This document shows, piece by piece, positions 62,063 to 64,000 of a DNA stretch of 64,000 bases. The first letter of the stretch is position 1. Each line of letters starts with the position of its first letter. The stretch covers positions 4,096,001 through 4,160,000 of the forward strand of contig CBDCDC010000002.1 of assembly GCA_965215195.1 (NCBI GenBank), read 5' to 3'. The notes beneath the pieces are model-generated. The model saw only the letters and a program-made list of their open reading frames with translations. It searched no databases and was not told the DNA's origin. Position numbers and translations under genes: made by a program. The stretch is from Candidatus Latescibacterota bacterium (GTDB lineage Bacteria; Latescibacterota; UBA2968; UBA8231).

Positions 62063-62427
62063 ATGCTCGACACTGCTACCAAACGCCGCATTGACACGGC
62101 CCGCGACATTCTCGTCGGCAAGGTGCCCGACCCGAAAAGCCAAGTGGAGCAGATTACGATCGCGCTCATCTACAAGTTTATGGACGACATCGACGCTGAG
62201 AGCGAGGAGTTGGGCGGGCAGCGCACGTTTTTTGCCGGCGACTTTGCCCGCTATGGTTGGCCCCAACTGGTGCGCACCGGCTTGGGCGGCCACGAGACCT
62301 TGAACCTATACGCTGAAGCGATCACCCGGATGCCGGAAAATCCGGGCATTCCGCCGCTGTTCCGCGACATCTTCAACAACGCCTATTTGCCCTACCGCGA
62401 CCCGGAGACTTTGCGTGCCTTTCTCAA
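62063..62427 (+). pseudogene. hsdM: Type I methyltransferase N-terminal fragment
   Basis: MLDTATKRRIDTARDILVGKVPDPKSQVEQITIALIYKFMDD…; breaks off at the hsdR-end repeat. Confidence 0.8.
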
Positions 62428-62501
62428 CCGGAGCCGTACCGCAGGCTCGTGCCCGAGTACGTCAAGGATTACGTGTCCCTGAACCAGTTCGCCGCTTAGG
62501 A
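62428..62501 (+). repeat. 74-bp direct repeat, copy 2 (hsdR 3' end)
   Basis: Three differences from copy 1, all synonymous in the hsdR frame. Confidence 0.92.
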
Positions 62502-62654
62502 CGCTTCGAGCCGTGGAGGTTGACGAGTCTCAAGGGATAGGATACGTTGGACCTGTAGGTTTCTTGGGTGAAGATCATACCCAATCTACTGAGTGATAGG
62601 AGCTTTCTATCAGAAGATTCAGCTATTGGACTTTTTTGATATGGGAGTGAAGCT

Positions 62655-63464
62655 TTGAGCACGGAGTTCCCACATAGACAACCTACCTGCGATGATCCGC
62701 ACAGGACGGTACTAAAAAGAAGCTACCGGAAACCTCCAGTTATTGAAGCACTTTGCGAGATATACTTCGCCGATTCGACATGGGACGACACTGTTCTTGG
62801 AGCCTTCTACGAAAGAGTCAAGAATGAATTCCCCATAAAACGGCAACGGGAAATCCAAGAAGCGCAGATCACCTTAGGCAGCGGTACGGCTTCAGCCGGT
62901 GTGCAGAGGCTACCACCGTGGATGCAATTCGTCTCCAAGCAAGGCGACCTCATGATACAAGTTGCAGAGAACCTGCTCGTGGTCAACAAATTGCGCCCTT
63001 ATGCTCATTTTGCAGAGTGGGAGTCGGTGGTTTACCGCTCCTTGGCAGTATATAGGGAACTCGCACTGCCCCAAAGGGTTGCTCGGGTTGGGCTGCGTTA
63101 CATCAATCAGATAGAGATTCCAGGGATGCGGATTGCGATGGAGGACTACTTTACGATTTATCCACAGCTCCCAAGGTCCCTAGGAAACACTCATGGTCCT
63201 TTTTTGGTTCGAGTGGAAATCCCCCGAGCTGAACAAGGGCATGTGGTGCTGGTAACGTTCGGCACGGATTCCCTCTCTGAGCCGGAAGGAGAGAGGCAAG
63301 TCTTCATGCTGGATCTATACGATATTGCTACACTCGATGTTCCTCCGGCCGATATTGAGTTGAAAAAACAGATTCAACAGGCTCACGATAGTGTGGTGAT
63401 GGCTTTTGAGGACAGTATTACAGATCGACTTCGCACTTTGCTCGAAATGGAGGGTCAACTATGA
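62655..63464 (+). CDS. TIGR04255 family protein
   Basis: YRKPPVIEALCEIYF, PY..F..W, RVGLRYINQI, LDLY, AH…F…IT; start codon uncertain. Confidence 0.8.
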   Translation: MSTEFPHRQPTCDDPHRTVLKRSYRKPPVIEALCEIYFADSTWDDTVLGAFYERVKNEFPIKRQREIQEAQITLGSGTASAGVQRLPPWMQFVSKQGDLMIQVAENLLVVNKLRPYAHFAEWESVVYRSLAVYRELALPQRVARVGLRYINQIEIPGMRIAMEDYFTIYPQLPRSLGNTHGPFLVRVEIPRAEQGHVVLVTFGTDSLSEPEGERQVFMLDLYDIATLDVPPADIELKKQIQQAHDSVVMAFEDSITDRLRTLLEMEGQL

Positions 63465-63913
63465 CCAGCATGGTGTCGTTACAAGATCAATGTCCTTACG
63501 ACATGTACGTGTCCACGGAGGCGAAGCAATTGAGCCAACCGATCCGGGATCTTCTGATCATTGGATGGGATAGAGGGCTTCCTACTTCGATAACAGAAAC
63601 GGAGTCAATTCCTCAGCTAGGTGGCATACCAGAACAATTCCACCGTCTCGCAGAAATTGTACGTGAGGAATGCGCTCATCTTTCTTCAGTACGAGAGATC
63701 GTTCTACATCCTGCGTACCAGCAGATCATAGGCATGGGGCCGCGAGTGCTGCCGTTTATTCTTAGAGAACTCGAGCACAGGCCGGCCCACTGGTTTTGGG
63801 CACTAAGATCGATTGCACAGGAAGATCCCGTGTTTCCCGTTCATCGGGGCGTTGTCACAGAGATGACCGAGGATTGGCTGAAGTGGGCGCGCAGGAAAGG
63901 GTTGCGCTGGTGA
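63461..63913 (+). CDS. Conserved helical protein (HPAYQQIIGMG…HWFWAL family)
   Basis: ATGA overlap with the upstream gene; recognisable C-terminal motif. Confidence 0.65.
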   Translation: MTSMVSLQDQCPYDMYVSTEAKQLSQPIRDLLIIGWDRGLPTSITETESIPQLGGIPEQFHRLAEIVREECAHLSSVREIVLHPAYQQIIGMGPRVLPFILRELEHRPAHWFWALRSIAQEDPVFPVHRGVVTEMTEDWLKWARRKGLRW

Positions 63914-64000
63914 ATCTGGAACGCTTGTTCCCAAGGCTCCGCAGTGCCACATATAAGATCACTAGCCCAGCACAGGTCGATTACAACTGTATCGCTTGGG
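63910..64000 (+). CDS. N-terminus of a YNCIAW-motif (papain-like, DUF7689-type) protein, truncated by the window edge
   Basis: GTGA overlap; MNLERLFPRLRSATYKITSPAQVDYNCIAW; absent from the ORF track. Confidence 0.65.
   Translation, partial: MNLERLFPRLRSATYKITSPAQVDYNCIAW

Overview
High-GC bacterial chromosomal segment. The gene content (lipoprotein LRR proteins, AAA_35-type ATPase, hydantoinase pair, PhyH dioxygenase, secreted protein ending in a WGxLK motif) suggests a sponge-associated Latescibacterota/Gemmatimonadota-like organism; this is inference. The housekeeping and catabolic backbone includes tmRNA, mmsA, hyuBA, cysH, glcF and murB, with much accessory DNA in between. Accessory content includes an SF1 helicase-DUF559 nuclease next to tmRNA, two tandem modular LRR lipoproteins, an exported TldD/PmbA pair, two Phd-VapC TA modules, a heterodimeric ABC transporter with DUF1854, and two MITE families carrying the same REP-like palindrome. 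Main observations: (1) an unannotated rod-shaped ncRNA with its own promoter at about 38353-38520. (2) A yknWXYZ-like exporter operon split by a 7.9 kb insert holding an SdpI-like protein, a hidden IS-split radical SAM gene, a CPBP protease, nested IS elements and short copies of the neighbouring genes. (3) A type I R-M locus where cargo cassettes (Fic, then TIGR04255 + helical protein + YNCIAW protein) each follow a copy of the hsdR 3' end. Family names come from motif recognition by eye; no database searches were run.
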